A DNA stretch of 62,797 nt, filler included, from 11 parts of 11 records of this genome joined end to end with filler, not necessarily neighbours in it, one strand, 5' to 3'; counted from the whole stretch's first letter, positions 21,739 to 34,280 are shown. Notes: generated by a model not told the origin, from the sequence alone. Program-made: numbers and translations.

Positions 21739-22365
21739 ATGGTCTAGCCTGTGGTGCGGGGGGGGGGGAGCACCGAGGGTTCGGGCGGCTGCGGCGGGCG
21801 GGGCGATGCAGTTGATAATCAAGTACCAAGGGGCCAACGGGAATGACGACGTCGTGCTCGAGGTTCCCGGCACCTGCGACGTCGGCGAGCTCAAGAGACA
21901 GATCATCGACAAGCTGCCCGAAGGCGCGCCCGATGGGGCCGGTCGGAGCTGAGTGGGCGGCAGGCAAGCTTCGGGTGGAGATGATCCGGCTGTTCACCTG
22001 GGGCAAGGAGATGAAGAACGGCACCACTGTGTTAGGTACCGGCAGGGTAGCCAGGGGGGCGAGCCGGGGTCAGACAACGTCTCGGGGGCGGTCAAATCGT
22101 CAGACGAGCTCAAGCCGAAGGGCCAGATGTACCTGCACATGCAGATCAACACCAAATCGGACGCCGCATCATCTGGTCTCCAACGGCCGCGAGCCTCCCC
22201 CTTCTGCTGCTGTTGTTTTTGGTATTAACGCATCCCCTATCGTCGTCGTCGTTATGGCATGGTCACCCCCTGTCCGGCCTAAGAGTCGGCAGCCAGCCGC
22301 TCACTGTTGCTGTGCCAGCGAGTCCGGTTGAGAAGGTCCAAAGCTGCCCTTGCTCCATCCTCTAG
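21739..22365 (+). CDS. Membrane-anchored ubiquitin-fold (MUB/UBL3-like) protein, multi-exon
   Basis: Spliced M|LIIKYQG...VGELKRQIIDKLPE|GK..EMIRLFTWGKEMKNGTTVL...LHMQI. A downstream exon ends SCPCSIL* (CaaX). The last splice junction is uncertain. Confidence 0.65.
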
Positions 22366-22578
22366 ATTGCGACTCGCGGGCATGGTGCTCTGAACCACTC
22401 TAATACGTATTTTTAATACCATTAAACTCACGCGCTTCTGCGTCGCCTGGTCCACCCTTAGATTCGGTCGTTTCGAACCTTTGTTGTCGTTCGAGCAATC
22501 CGGTCACATTGTTGCGAGACGAATCAGAACATTGAGCCCTAGGTGCAGTGAACTGACATCGATGCATATTTTTATTAA

Positions 22579-23378
22579 TTACGAGACCTCCACAACCTCG
22601 GCCGCACGGAACACCTCGCGCGCTGCATCCACCGTCGCCTTGCTCGCCCGCATATGCGACTCCTCAAACACCTGCCTTGCCTGCCCGGCGCCCCACCATT
22701 GCTCTCACCTCGACCCTCCTTTCCAACTCGAAACCCAACCCCTCAAACAGCGCCAGCGACGGCAGATTCCGGTCCAGAATCTTGGCCTGCCCCGGCTCGG
22801 CTCTCCAACCGGCAGCCACCCACCACAAACCGCTCGATCCGCAGCCGCTCGGCCCCGAACCCGATCATGAGCATCACAGCCTCCTTGCCCAGCCCACGCC
22901 GCCGGCTGGCAGGCTCGGCCACCATTACCTACCCAGGCTGGCCGGGCCCGGGCTGTGGGCGCACGTCAATCTCGGCCTGGCCAGGCTCCTCGGACAGGAA
23001 CAGGTTGACATCCCCCGCCATCGCTGCACAGCGGCTCAGGCCAGGGGCCGTCGCTGGGCCGTACCGCCCCATGGGCCTTCCCCCCGGTGCCTGTCGGTGA
23101 CGATGAAGGTACACTCTGCCCGGCAGTCGGCCCGGCCCGGCTGGGCGCGCGACTGAGCGGGTCTTCGGCCCAGCTCAGCTGCATCTGGTACTCGGCCTCG
23201 AGGCTCAGCGGCTCTGAGCAGGTCATCTCCTGCCGCCCGCTGGTCCCCCGGCTGGCCGCCCGGCCGCCTGCAGCCAGGGGTCCTGCATCCAGCCGTGGTA
23301 CGTCGCCACGTGCTCCCGCCGGTAAGGCACCAGCCAGACCCGCTGGCCGCCCAGCCCGAGGGTCCCGTTCTCCCGCAT
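22579..23378 (-). CDS. NAT9: GNAT acetyltransferase, NAT9-like, multi-exon
   Basis: VWLVPYRREHVATYHGWMQDP, T.SEPLSLEAEY.MQ.SW.ED..KCTFIV, MAGDVNLFL, AEI..MVAEP..RRRGLGKEA. Confidence 0.9.
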
Positions 23379-23669
23379 TTCAACGGATTGGCAGGCAACG
23401 AATACGGTATTGAGTAGGCAACCAGTCAGCTGCCAGTCCAGATCTAAAGACCTGTTACATACATGTAGATCTATATTCTATGACGGCAAAATCGCCTTCC
23501 TGATATATGTAACTACAAACGATCTAGACTTGCAACGCNNNNNNNNNNNNNNNNNNNNNNNNNNNNNNNNNNNNNNNNNNNNTTAATTAATTAANNNNNN
23601 NNNNNNNNNNNNNNNNNNNNNNNNNNNNNNNNNNNNNNTGAAATTGAAGTATTTGCGTCGAAATCTTAA

Positions 23670-24200
23670 TTGAGACTGCGCAAACGAGAGGTGATTCAGA
23701 GAGACTATCCTGTACACACAATCAGCCCGTGTACTTTGGTAGCATCTCTATGCTCGTCTCTGACAGCTCTGTCGGCGTCCATTCCCCGCCCAATGACATA
23801 CACAGTGCACCTCTACGAGGAGAAGTCATCGGACCATCTGCGATACAATCCGCTGTTCGTCCGTCCTAATGGCAAAGTCGTGATCGAGTCAAAGGGCAAC
23901 AAGCCATTCCTCAAAGAAATACCTAAGGAAACCGTCGTTTACACTACGCGGCGGTACCAGCCACATGCGGCCTTACTTGGGCCTGTTTGCGTTTCGAGCT
24001 CCGAAGCATGCTGCGGGCGGGCTCCGAAGCCGGTCTCGAGACCCCCGGGACCGCCCGTTGTTGATCTTGATGGTTGTGCAACAGGCCACAAACTGCAAAT
24101 GTGGGTGGACACGAACGCACTTCTGATAGCGACACCAATCTTCCAATATGCGAAGCATGGCTCAGCGAGAGTTAGTACGCACTTGAGGCTACAATTTTAG
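23670..24200 (+). CDS. Hypothetical ORF, lower GC
   Basis: 176-codon ORF with no recognisable motif. First ATG ~23793. Confidence 0.3.
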   Translation: MRLRKREVIQRDYPVHTISPCTLVASLCSSLTALSASIPRPMTYTVHLYEEKSSDHLRYNPLFVRPNGKVVIESKGNKPFLKEIPKETVVYTTRRYQPHAALLGPVCVSSSEACCGRAPKPVSRPPGPPVVDLDGCATGHKLQMWVDTNALLIATPIFQYAKHGSARVSTHLRLQF

Positions 24201-24424
24201 ATATGTTCTAATTCCATACAATAATTATAATTATGCACATGATTGTAGTGTAACCTTTGTGTTGCGCATCCACTCCCGTTGCTTGCGTGCTTGGGTTTTA
24301 CTCCGCGCTAATGTTGACTCAGTGAGCACTCATTGCACATCTCTAATGTTTATCTAATGTTATGTACATTGCGGCGGTGCCCATCTTAACCATGGAAGTC
24401 GTCAACTGATCATTAATTTTAATG

Positions 24425-26777
24425 CTAGCTAGTCTTGACAATTTTTGGGTCTAATGTTGTTACTCCTACTACATCGTGTGAACCATCTTCGCTCTCGGCT
24501 CCATCTGGTTCCTCTTGTGGAAATAAAGCTTGGAGCTGTGGAACAATGCTAGCAAAAGTATTAAAATTGCTCATGGACACTGTCATTAGATCAAAAGCAA
24601 AAACAATGTTTTGATTCAAGAGGCTTTCTTCTGGTATCATTGGAATCTTGGGGTATCTCTGGCTGAAATGGGTGAGAATTATGTTCTGAGCTCGCATTGC
24701 AGAAGCAGATTTCAGAGCCTCAGCAGTCGTGCCTGCAACCCATTGCAGTCATCTGACTGCCCATCTATGCATGCTAACAAAATGCCAGGCCATTTAGGAT
24801 TACTGTGGCGCTTTGAAAGAGCTTCTTGCTCTAATCCATCATCAAATGTGGCTTCATGGATCAGAATCAGCGCGCCTTGCCCCTTCTCCTCCAGCCGAGT
24901 ACAGGGCCTAGTATCACCAGAGTAAACTAGTCGCCATCCATCTTGATGATCCAAGACCTGCAATCTTGCGTTAGCCCAGACCATGGTTTGATACGACCAG
25001 TCCATAGGCGCTCCAGCAATGGTCTACTGGAACGTTAATAATTGAGCTGATGCGCAGATTGTTCCAGAGCGGAGCGAGCACTCCGAAGTCGAAACTCTCA
25101 ATATTCAAAAACTGATAGTCGAGAGGTTCGACGATGTTGCAATATGATTGCAACCATTTTCCCAGGGCCGTCGGCCCCATCACAACTAGCGGTTCTCCGG
25201 CCTCATTGGCGCGCTCCCAGGCCTGAATCACCTGCAGCAACCCCTAAGCCGCTTCGTGGTTCAAATCATTCTATCAGATCGGAACACAGTAATTCACAAG
25301 ATAATGGCTTTCTAACCCTAACCCTAAAGTAATGCACAAGATAATGGCTTTCACTCACCGAAATGGTGCCAAGGTGGTGGTCTGCGTGCATGTGCGACAC
25401 CCAGAGCAAGCACATCCGCCTCAGCAGCTGGTTGAGGTCTGGCACGCACCTGGCCAGCTGGCCCAGAGTGCCCTCACCTGGATCGAGCACCATCCCGGTT
25501 TGGCTGTCGAGCTGCACGTGGATCCCGCTAACGTTCCTGTATTTGGAGGGCACCATCGAGCCGGTCCCCAGGAATCTGATCAGCTCCGGCCCCGGCTGGA
25601 CACTCGGCTCGGGGGTGGGCGGCCCTGCAGCCAGCCCGTTGCTCTGCCCAAACAGCTGCTGGGCAGCCAGCTTGCAGTCATCTCTATTGAAACCCGGGAG
25701 GCAGCCGGAGAAGTCGGCTTTGCCGGCGAGCCTGGCTGGGTCCAAGTGGAAGCAGGCGAGCGGCTGGGCCGGGATGATCTGGGACGGGTCGACTCCGGCG
25801 ATCTCAACACTCTCACGCTCAGTGGAGAAGACGGGCTGTGCAAACAACTGAGCGGACAGCTGGTGCAGCATCTGCGAGTTGATCGAGGCAGAGTTGAACA
25901 CGATCGCGTTCGGGCTCGCCTGCTGGTTGACTATGATGTGCTGGGCCCGACTGCCGTGCGAGGCCGCCCAGCGCGAGTAGCCAGGCTCACTCAGCACGGC
26001 ACTCGGGGTCAAGTGCACGATGTAGCTCGGCGAGTCGGCAGGAGCCATCAGCGGGGCCGCGCAGAGCAGCTCGGCGTGCTCCGTGCTGGGGCAGTCTACA
26101 ATCATAACCCGGTGCCGGCCGGCTTGGTTTTGATCCACGCAGTCCGCAGAGCGGACCACCCTGCCGTCTGGCAGTGTCACGTCCTCGCCTTTCTTGAGAG
26201 AACCAAACAGCGGACCAGGCGGCACCCCCAGCTGCTTGGCCTTGGCCGCATTCAGCTTGCCCGGCGCCGGCGCCAGCTGGCAGCAGTAGCAGACCCTTGT
26301 GTCCGGCTGGGGCCTCACTGCCTGGCCGGCCCGGCGCTTCCTCTTTGTGCCGCGGGCCGGCGGGGCGAGGACGAGCGCGCAGACGGTCAGGTTGTGGTCG
26401 GCCCAGACCTGCTGCTGCTGCTGCCCGAGCACCGGCCCGATCTCGTCCAGCTCCAGCCCGAACCGATCCCGACTCATGAACGGCTGCATCGCCCCGACCA
26501 GCCGGCGCAGCCCGGGCCCCGCGTGCACCCGGAGGCCTTGGTGCCCGCTGTCGGCCATTGTGAGCACAGTGCCCGGCAGCCCCCCGACTCGGCTCCAGCA
26601 CAGCCCAGTGAGGAAGAGCGATCCGATCCCCGACAGCTTCACCCCGTGCTCGCAGCAGAAGCGCTGGGTGCCCTCGCCCGCATTGAACAGGTAGCGCCGG
26701 TCGTCGAAGAAAAGCAGCACGCTCGGGCCGCAGTCCACGCTGCCCGTCCCCAGCAGCTGCACGTACGCCCGCGGCAT
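24425..26777 (-). CDS. ELAC2: tRNA 3'-processing ribonuclease Z, long form (ELAC2/Trz1)
   Basis: YLFNAGEGTQR, GGLPG, GVPPGP.F..LK.G, FLGTGS..PSKYRNVS, LDPGEGT.GQL, SHMHADHHLG, YSGDTRP, LIHEATF, LTHFSQRYPK. Confidence 0.93.
25288..25352. repeat. Intronic telomeric tract (TAACCCTAACCCTAA) between 25-bp direct repeats
   Basis: agtaat(t/g)cacaagataatggctttc at 25288-25312 and 25328-25352; tract at 25313-25327. Confidence 0.9.
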
Positions 26778-26969
26778 CGGACCGTCCGCGTGGCGTCGGG
26801 CCGGTAGTCCGTTGCCGTTGGCTGTGTAGGCAAAACACAAACGCAAAAGCCAGTTTTCGCGGTGAGCTGNNNNNNNNNNNNNNNNNNNNNNNNNNNNNNN
26901 NNNNNNNNNNNNNTTAATTAATTAANNNNNNNNNNNNNNNNNNNNNNNNNNNNNNNNNNNNNNNNNNNN

Positions 26970-27944
26970 CCCCCCCCGCGCCGCTGCCTGCGGCCCTTGG
27001 CAGGAATTGCAGCACCTTGCTCCTGCAGCTTGGAGCTCGCCTGCTCGCCCTCCACCAGCTCGATCACCGCCCTCTGCACATCCACCATCGAGAGCGCTTG
27101 CTCCCGGCTCGGCTCACCCGGGGCATCTGCACGAGTTCCAATCAGCCCACCGGCTAACTAACTACTCACCCTCGGCCGGCTCTGCAGAGCAAGGCAGCTC
27201 GGTGGCGTTCGCTGGCTCCTCGCCCTCCTCTCTGAGCCGACCCCAGGCTATGATCGAGAACCTGCGCCGAGCTAAGCACGTGGCTGGCTGGGCCGGCGAC
27301 CTCGGTCCACAGGACGACTTGGCCTTGGGCACACCGTGCTTGAAAGCCTTGTTCACCGCAGTGTTGAACGCAAAGACATCCCCGTTGTTCTGCGGGAAGC
27401 TGAAGCAATGGCCCGACCCGCAGTGCTCGAACTCGAGGCAACGGGAGGCCCCGAAGCTCGCCCCCATCGTAAAGTTCTCTCTTCGGTCCTCCTCGGCGTA
27501 ATAAGCGTTGCGGTCGTGATGAAACGGCTTCCAATCGGTGCCGTCCCGGTAAAAGTTGAGCCGGCTGGCCGAGATATCCACCCCAAAGTGCTCAGCCATC
27601 CGGGCGAGGACCGACCTGAAAGTGGGGCTGAACTGCGGTTCCTCGAACTTAAGGTGCTGCGACCACTCGACCAGTCCCTCGCTCTGCTGGTGCGCCACCA
27701 GCTCCGCGGTCAGCGCGCTCAGCAGCTCGAACTCCCCGCTCCCGCAGAGGAAGCCGGGCAGGTACTTGGCCCCGCCGTCGAGCACCTGCTGGATATCGCT
27801 CAGCAGTCCGGCGTCCACTCGGGCGCTCTCGGACTTCATGGCCGCCGCCACGTGCAGCTGTGCCGCCGCGCTCGTGCGACTGGCCGTCTTGGCCGCCCGT
27901 GAACGCCGCGAGACGAACACACGCCGTGCCGGCGGGTCCACCAT
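26970..27944 (-). CDS. 2OG-Fe(II) oxygenase, AlkB-like fold; 3'-truncated
   Basis: RLNFYRDG.DWKPFHHD (HxD), TMGASFGASR.L.F, NNGDVFAF...FKHGVP, R.SIIAWG. Confidence 0.85.
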
Positions 27945-28034
27945 CTCTTGGCGAGGAGCGCGTGCTTGCCGCCACTTGCTTGAATACAATTTTAACGGAC
28001 TGCAAGTCTAAAATAAACGAGAACAGCCCTCACA

Positions 28035-30105
28035 ATGTCGAAGGTCTGTGCCTGTGCCTGCTCCGCTGCACGCGCCCCCAGATGCGGCCGGCCGCGCGCT
28101 TCCGGGCCGGGGCTGGCTGGTGTTGAGACCGGGCGGCCGCAGGTACCGGGCGAGTATCTGATCATGAAGCGGCGCAAGCAGGAGTCCCATCAGAAGGTCT
28201 ACGAAGACGTAATCAACAAGCAGCGCTCGTACAAGGTGCCCTGCCCGCCAGCCGGCCGCCCGACCGCCCGGCAGGCCACCTGCGACTTCGAGACCAGCGG
28301 CGTGAAGAAGGCCTACGCCAACGCGGTGCAGGTGCCCCCCCGGCGGCTGGGCGGGTCGGAGCGGCTGCCGCAGCTGAAATACGACACTAAATTCGGGGCC
28401 AAAGCGGACAGCCTGGCGCTGCGCCGGCAGCGGTGCGGCTCTGGGGCGAACCCAAGTCCAACCGGGGCGCAGGCTGGCCGATTTGTATGCAAGCGAGCAG
28501 CAAATGTATGAGCAGGAACTGGCCGGGCTAACCAAGGTGCCCGCACCCGCGGGCTGGGGCGAGCCGACCGGCAGAATGCGGACGAGCGGAAGCTGGACAT
28601 GCAGCAGCGCGCCGAGAAGCTCAAGGCCGCCCGAGAGGCCAAACGCAAGGAGCAAGCCGATGCTGCGGAGCTGCGGCGGTGGCGGTCCGCTGTGGCGCTC
28701 GTGCTGGGCTGAGCGGTGCGGCAGCGACGGCGCGGACGAGTTGCGTGCTGAGGTGGCCCAAGGGATCGTGCTCGAGTGTGAGCCCGGGCGGTCGGGCCGG
28801 CTGGGAGCGAGGGTGCACAGGCATGATCGACAGGGACCTTCAAGTGAAGGAGAAAGAGCATCGGTTTGAGGAGGCCATGAAGGCTGAGATGATGTACGAT
28901 AAGATGATGGAGCAGGACCGGCTCAAGAAGATCGAGCGCGAAAAGTCCGCCGGGCCTCCGGTTAGGCCCGAGCCCTCGGCAGGAAAGACGAGGCACGGAA
29001 GACGGAGATCGAGAAGGAATGCTGTGACATGATCGCGGTCCAGATCGAGGAGCTGGCTCAGCGGCGGGCGGACGCCGAGACAGTAAAGTACGAGGAGGGC
29101 CAGGCCATGAAGCAGGAGTTCCAGGCGCAGCAGATCGCCGCAGCACAGGTGCGGGCTGCGTGCGGCCGCGCCGACATTGGGTCAGGACGCTCGGGAGAGG
29201 GCGATCGAGCAAGTTAAGGAGCGCGAACGGGTTGCCGAGTTCAATCAAAAGACCGCCGAGGAGCGGCAGGGCATAATGGACCTGGAGCTGGCTGAGGATA
29301 TCAGACTTCTCAACATCGTGCTCGCCAAGGAAAAGGCTGACGATGAGCGCGACAGAGCGCGGCGAGCCGAGGAGATCGCCGAGTGCCGGAAGCACGGGGC
29401 CGAGGTCAAAGCCCAGATGGCCAAGGACGCGTCGAACGAGGCCGAGCTAGATCGGTTGAGGCAGGACGACGCAGAGAGGCAGTGGCGGAAGAGAGAAGAA
29501 CAGTGGGCTCGAGAGAAGTCGGCGCGCGATCACTTGATGAGGGAGGTGATACTCGAGAGGAAGCGGCAGCTTGAGTTTAAGGCCAACCAGTTCCTGCGCG
29601 ACAAGGGCGAGGAGCTGCTCGAGCGAGAGCGTTTGATCAACGAGATGGAGAGGCTGGCCACAATAGAGGAGCAGCAGGCGTTTGATAGAAGGGAGGCCAA
29701 GCTGGAGAACCAGGACGTGCTGGTCCACCAGATCAAGCGCAAGCAGCAGGCCAAGCTGGAGCAGGCCGAACAGGTTGCACTCCAGCGTGAGCATCAGCTC
29801 AGGCTAGAGGTCGTCGCTTGCTCACGCGGTCGCGTCTGAGCCGGGCGGGCCAGGAGGAGTACATGCGGCGGGTGAATGTAGAGCGGCAGGCCTTCCAGGC
29901 CGAGCGGGAGCGGATCGTGCAGGAGCGCAAGCGGGGCACTGGCGTGATTGATGAGACGCCGGCGCCGGCCGCACCTGTGGTGTCGGAGGTCAGGCACGGC
30001 AGGAGAGCAGGTGCGGGCCCGGTCGGGCAGGAACCAGGGCTGACCGGCTGGGCAGGGTCGGCGCGGGAACGGAGCGCGCCACCTTTTGCCACGGACGACA
30101 GCTAG
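28035..30105 (+). CDS. Cilia/flagella-associated coiled-coil protein, CFAP53/trichoplein (TPH) family, multi-exon
   Basis: LALRRQR|LADLYASEQQMYEQEL, DELR, ERQWRKREEQWAREKSARDHLMREVILERKRQL, which resemble CFAP53-type sequences. Confidence 0.7.
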
Positions 30106-30610
30106 AGGCTACAGATTGAGAATTGTCCCCCCCCCGTTGTGTAGTACGTTATGTGTTCAACAACTGAATGCCGGACAGTACATTCATTCACACGGCGGGC
30201 GCCATCGAACGTTTTAAATTATCACTAAACTTTCTTCACATTTACTTAACATTTACTCACGTGTTATGATTCATTCAGTTGCCCTTTAGACTAGTACGTC
30301 CTAACCTGTACGCCTGTATACCGACTACATGTACAAACGACACGAGCATGACGGCCTGGTGCTCTACTCGGCGAACTTTAGGGCATGTGTGTGGCATTAT
30401 CTTTTACACCCTAGTGGGGGGGGGTTATAGTCAACAATGCAGTGGCGCCAACACAACTCGTGTGTATGTGTTAGAGTTGGTGTGTAGTCTCATTGGTGCT
30501 AGGTACACTTGTGTTCAAGTAGTGTTCAAGGGGATGAATTTGATATTGCCCCACATAATACCAGAAAATTAGGTTGATTTAATCAAATTCGGAGTCGACA
30601 CATACTAGTA

Positions 30611-30926
30611 TTAATGTCGCCATGACAATGTAACGTGTATGTTTCTGAATGGTCGAGACACTTCCAGTACCTCATACATGTATGTAGCGGTATCTGCTAG
30701 CATTTGTGGTGTGATTTCACATGGGTCAACTAACTGAAATGGTTTTACAAAAGGGTCGGTCAGCAACATCCCCATCAGATTGTCTTCATAGGAGTGGTGC
30801 TGCACTGTCTGGTTGAGTGGTCCAAACAGGTGGCACAGCTTCGATGCATCGTCCCACAGCTAATATAATGATTGAAAGCTGCTAACGCCCTCAGGCTGGC
30901 TTCTTACGCCTGTGTACATAATCCTC
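30611..30926 (-). CDS. 3' fragment of an unknown gene
   Basis: A reading frame LWDDASKLCHLFGPL...HVTLSWRH* follows a putative acceptor. Lower GC; cut by the spacer. Confidence 0.3.
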
Positions 30927-31026
30927 NNNNNNNNNNNNNNNNNNNNNNNNNNNNNNNNNNNNNNNNNNNNTTAATTAATTAANNNNNNNNNNNNNNNNNN
31001 NNNNNNNNNNNNNNNNNNNNNNNNNN

Positions 31027-34000
31027 TACAGCGCGGCTGGAGCTGCTGCCTGCACCGACTGCGCGGCCGGAACCTGGAGCGAGGCTGGAGCTGCTGCCTG
31101 CGCCCCGACCCTTGCACCAACATCGACCAAAGCCCCGACCAAAGCCCCGACCAAAGCGCCAACCCAAGGTGCGCGGAGGCGCAGAACAAATGGCGAAGCA
31201 TCGAGACGAAGGTCCTCGCAGGCCGAAGATAAAAAAAGAGACAAGAAGAGTTCTGCGTCTGCAGCCAGTGGCAGCATAAAGACATGCACCAAAACAACAA
31301 AGCGAGAATGCAGGGACGATGCGAGATCGGCGTATACAGCAGAAACTGGAATCGAGATCGGCGAGACAGAACTAATCATCGAGATAGAAGCCGACATCGC
31401 TGAAGACGTTAGAGCAGCGGTGTCCAAAGACTACTTTAGGGTTAGGGTTAGGGTTAGGCGCTGAAGACTAAAGCAGCGGTGTCCAAAGACTACTGGCGTG
31501 GTGCATGCCCTCACCCCCATTGTGGTTTGTAGGTCTATACTTGTTGTTCAAGTGGGAGCACCACCGAGAAGGCCTGTCTCGACGATCAGAAGGCTCTTGT
31601 CGCTACAATTTACGGCACTACCTCCGATGCTGTGCAAACTTTCCAGGTTAAAGAGCTTTTACAGAAGGGTGCCCTCAAGGCAGCAGTTACGTTCATGCAG
31701 GACTGCATGAGTGCGGTGGTCGACGAAACCGGCGCCGTTGAGTGTCAGACGCAAGTTAGGACCCCTCTGGTCTGTCCGAGAGCTGGCTTTGTTTGAGTCG
31801 GCGTGTGGAATTCTTAGGCCGCGGATCTCTGCAAGTCTAGCCTCACCGCGACTGAGTCGAAACGATTGCTCAGGGAAGCCGCCGATCAAGAGGTGAGGGC
31901 GTGCCCTAACCGGGGCCTGTAACGTGCGCTTCTGCAACAGTTGCGAGAAGACCTCATTGCCTATCAGGACTCTTCTTTGGATGCTCAAGAATCCAAAGAA
32001 GAGACGATCTATACTTGGGTATCCATGCTGCCTGCATTCCTGCCTTACTTTTGGTAGTTCGGAAACCAGGGAATACTTATAATGGACGATCTGAACGCAC
32101 AGCAACAGATTATTGGCCGGAAGGCAGTAGATCGAGCAAACAGAAAGATTTCACAGGAGTGGATGTTGGCTTGTAAAGAGGTAGAAGGAAAGGATGCTGT
32201 AGATTGCATCGCCGATGCAAAGGCCGAGCTTGACGCGTTTTATATATTCTCCCGAGGAAAAGCTTTGAGCGACATCGCGTTTGAGGTGTCGCACGCGTGC
32301 TGGCCGCGTGTGATCGAGGCCTGCCAGATCGAGCTTAATGCCGGGGCGAAAACCGCTGCGAGCGACACGATTATGGCGTGCGACAAGGATCGAGCTTCAT
32401 GTCTAGCATCTGCGTTAGAACAATATGCAAGTGCCAAAGGGTTGACTCCTACGACCGTTAACAGTGACAAGCCCTGGCGGCTGCTTTCGGGCTGTGCCCC
32501 TGACTTGTTTCTGTGTGTGAAGCTGCCGAGTTCTACAGAGACATTCATAAGGCCGAAAACACATACGTCAAGACCACAGCTCAAGCTTGTTCGTCAGGTT
32601 CAGACTGTCCCACGGAGATCAAGGCGGCCCTCGCGCTGGTCGAGGGGGTGCAAGAAGAAGAAGTCAAGTCTTATGGTAGCTTTTATTCATCACCCTTTCC
32701 CCACATAGGGGGTGGCCGTGTCTATTCTGAGCCTGTAGTTGGACTGCTCAGATATTGTACGCGCTATCAGCGGCGCTACTGTTGAGGCCGTGGGAGAAGC
32801 CGCATCGGCGTGCGTCCTATCAGAGACCGACAAGAACACCTGCGGTGACTCGTTGTTGGAGGCGTATGAGGCGACGAACCCTGGTATGGGCTCATTGAGG
32901 TGACTAGCGTGTCTTGCCCTAATGCATGAGCTGTCATGATTGTGGGGCAGTGGAGACGACGCGGGGATAAAAAAGGTGGGGCTCGCTCAGGATGCCGCGG
33001 TCGAGATCATATCGACTGCTTTGCTTGCATGCCTGAACACGCAGGTAGGAAACGCCGAGGTGTGTACACAGACGCAGGTTGAGGAGGAACTCAAGCTGCT
33101 GGAGTTGTCAAGCCACTTCGAGAAATTGGTTGCCAAAGGAGTAGTCAAGTTGTCGGGCGAACTAATGAGGGGCTGTACAACGGGTGGCAGCACAACGGCT
33201 GATTGTACTGCTAGAGTAGGAAGCACCGTGTCAGCTCGGAGGTCCGCAACAAGAAGCTTAGCAGAAAATCTTGACTGGTCTGCTATATCGTCTGCAAACC
33301 AGGTTTTCAGCGAAGGTGTCGAGGTCGCTGCCGAGACCGCGACCAACGTGTTTGCTACTATGAAAGAGGATTTGCCCAGTATCGGAGAACCAGAGAGCAG
33401 CGCGGTTGGATACGTGAACCTAGCCGCACTCGATGCGGCCGCAAACGAGTATGCGCAGTGTTTGACATATGGGCTTCTGACCGCTGTAACCTCTGCTGAC
33501 CGAGCGAAGAGTACGTACGAATCTCATAATGGAAAAGACTGGGCTTCTCAGGGCGCCAATGTGCTTGAAGTGGGCAAGGCAGTGGCTCAGGGGGATGTGC
33601 CAAAGATTGTGCATTCCAATGTGATCAACGTCCCAGTCATTGTCCCTCTTCCTCGTGAGGATGTCACAAAAGCTAGCCTGGAAAATATTGTGAGTCAAGT
33701 AGAGGAACAGGCGAATTCGTTAGCAGATTACCCTGAAATGGGGTTCACTGCCACTGCAAGACTCGGATCCGACGTGTTTCTCCAGGACGCCAACCAGTGC
33801 CAGCTGGATGTACAAATTAAGATGGTCATGGATTACCTGGCGGTGGATGAGGCCTTGATAGCCGCCGTTGCGGGCTTGAGCATCACCGTTCCGGACAGCA
33901 GCCGACGTGGCTGGGTGACAGCTGAGGTCTACGCGTCGCAGAGCGCTCAAATCTGCGCTTCGTGGGTGAGGACAGCGCCCTGTGCTTGGCCATGAGAGTT

Positions 34001-34280
34001 TGCGTTTGCGCAGGGATGCTACACCGGGGGGAGCAAAAAGAGTGAGTTTATGATGTATTCGATTCTGGGTCTGGCCGGCGGCTACTTCCTATGTGTCGTA
34101 GTCTGTGGGTTGAATATCGATCTGATCTCCCGCGCCATCAGGTGGCTGGTTAGAGCACACATGAACAGTACAGCAGAGCGATGGCGAATCGAAGCTGAAA
34201 TGAACGCAATCACCTTCAGGCCCCTCAACCCGGAGGCGACAAGCGAAGCAGACTCAGACCACAATGCCACCACCACATGT
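31027..34280 (+). CDS. Large Cys-patterned cell-surface protein (Cys repeat, PT-rich linker, helical Cys repeats, late TM segment), partial at both ends
   Basis: CTDCAAGTWSEAGAAAC repeat, APTK repeats, exons 32082-32480 and 32950-33960, and a hydrophobic YSILGLAGGYFLCVVVCGL at ~34055-34112. Confidence 0.6.
31398..31494. repeat. (TTAGGG)3-TTAGG tract between ~37-bp imperfect direct repeats spanning a splice donor
   Basis: cgctgaagac..agcagcggtgtccaaagactact at 31398-31435 and 31459-31494; tract at 31436-31458. Confidence 0.9.

Noticed and set aside
25332-26807. Long antisense ORFs (also 28313-29395, 61351-62361 and others)
   Set aside because: These are shadow ORFs expected from GC-rich codon bias opposite real genes, with no motifs. 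The 12803-13333 ORF is the exception and is explained by the inversion.
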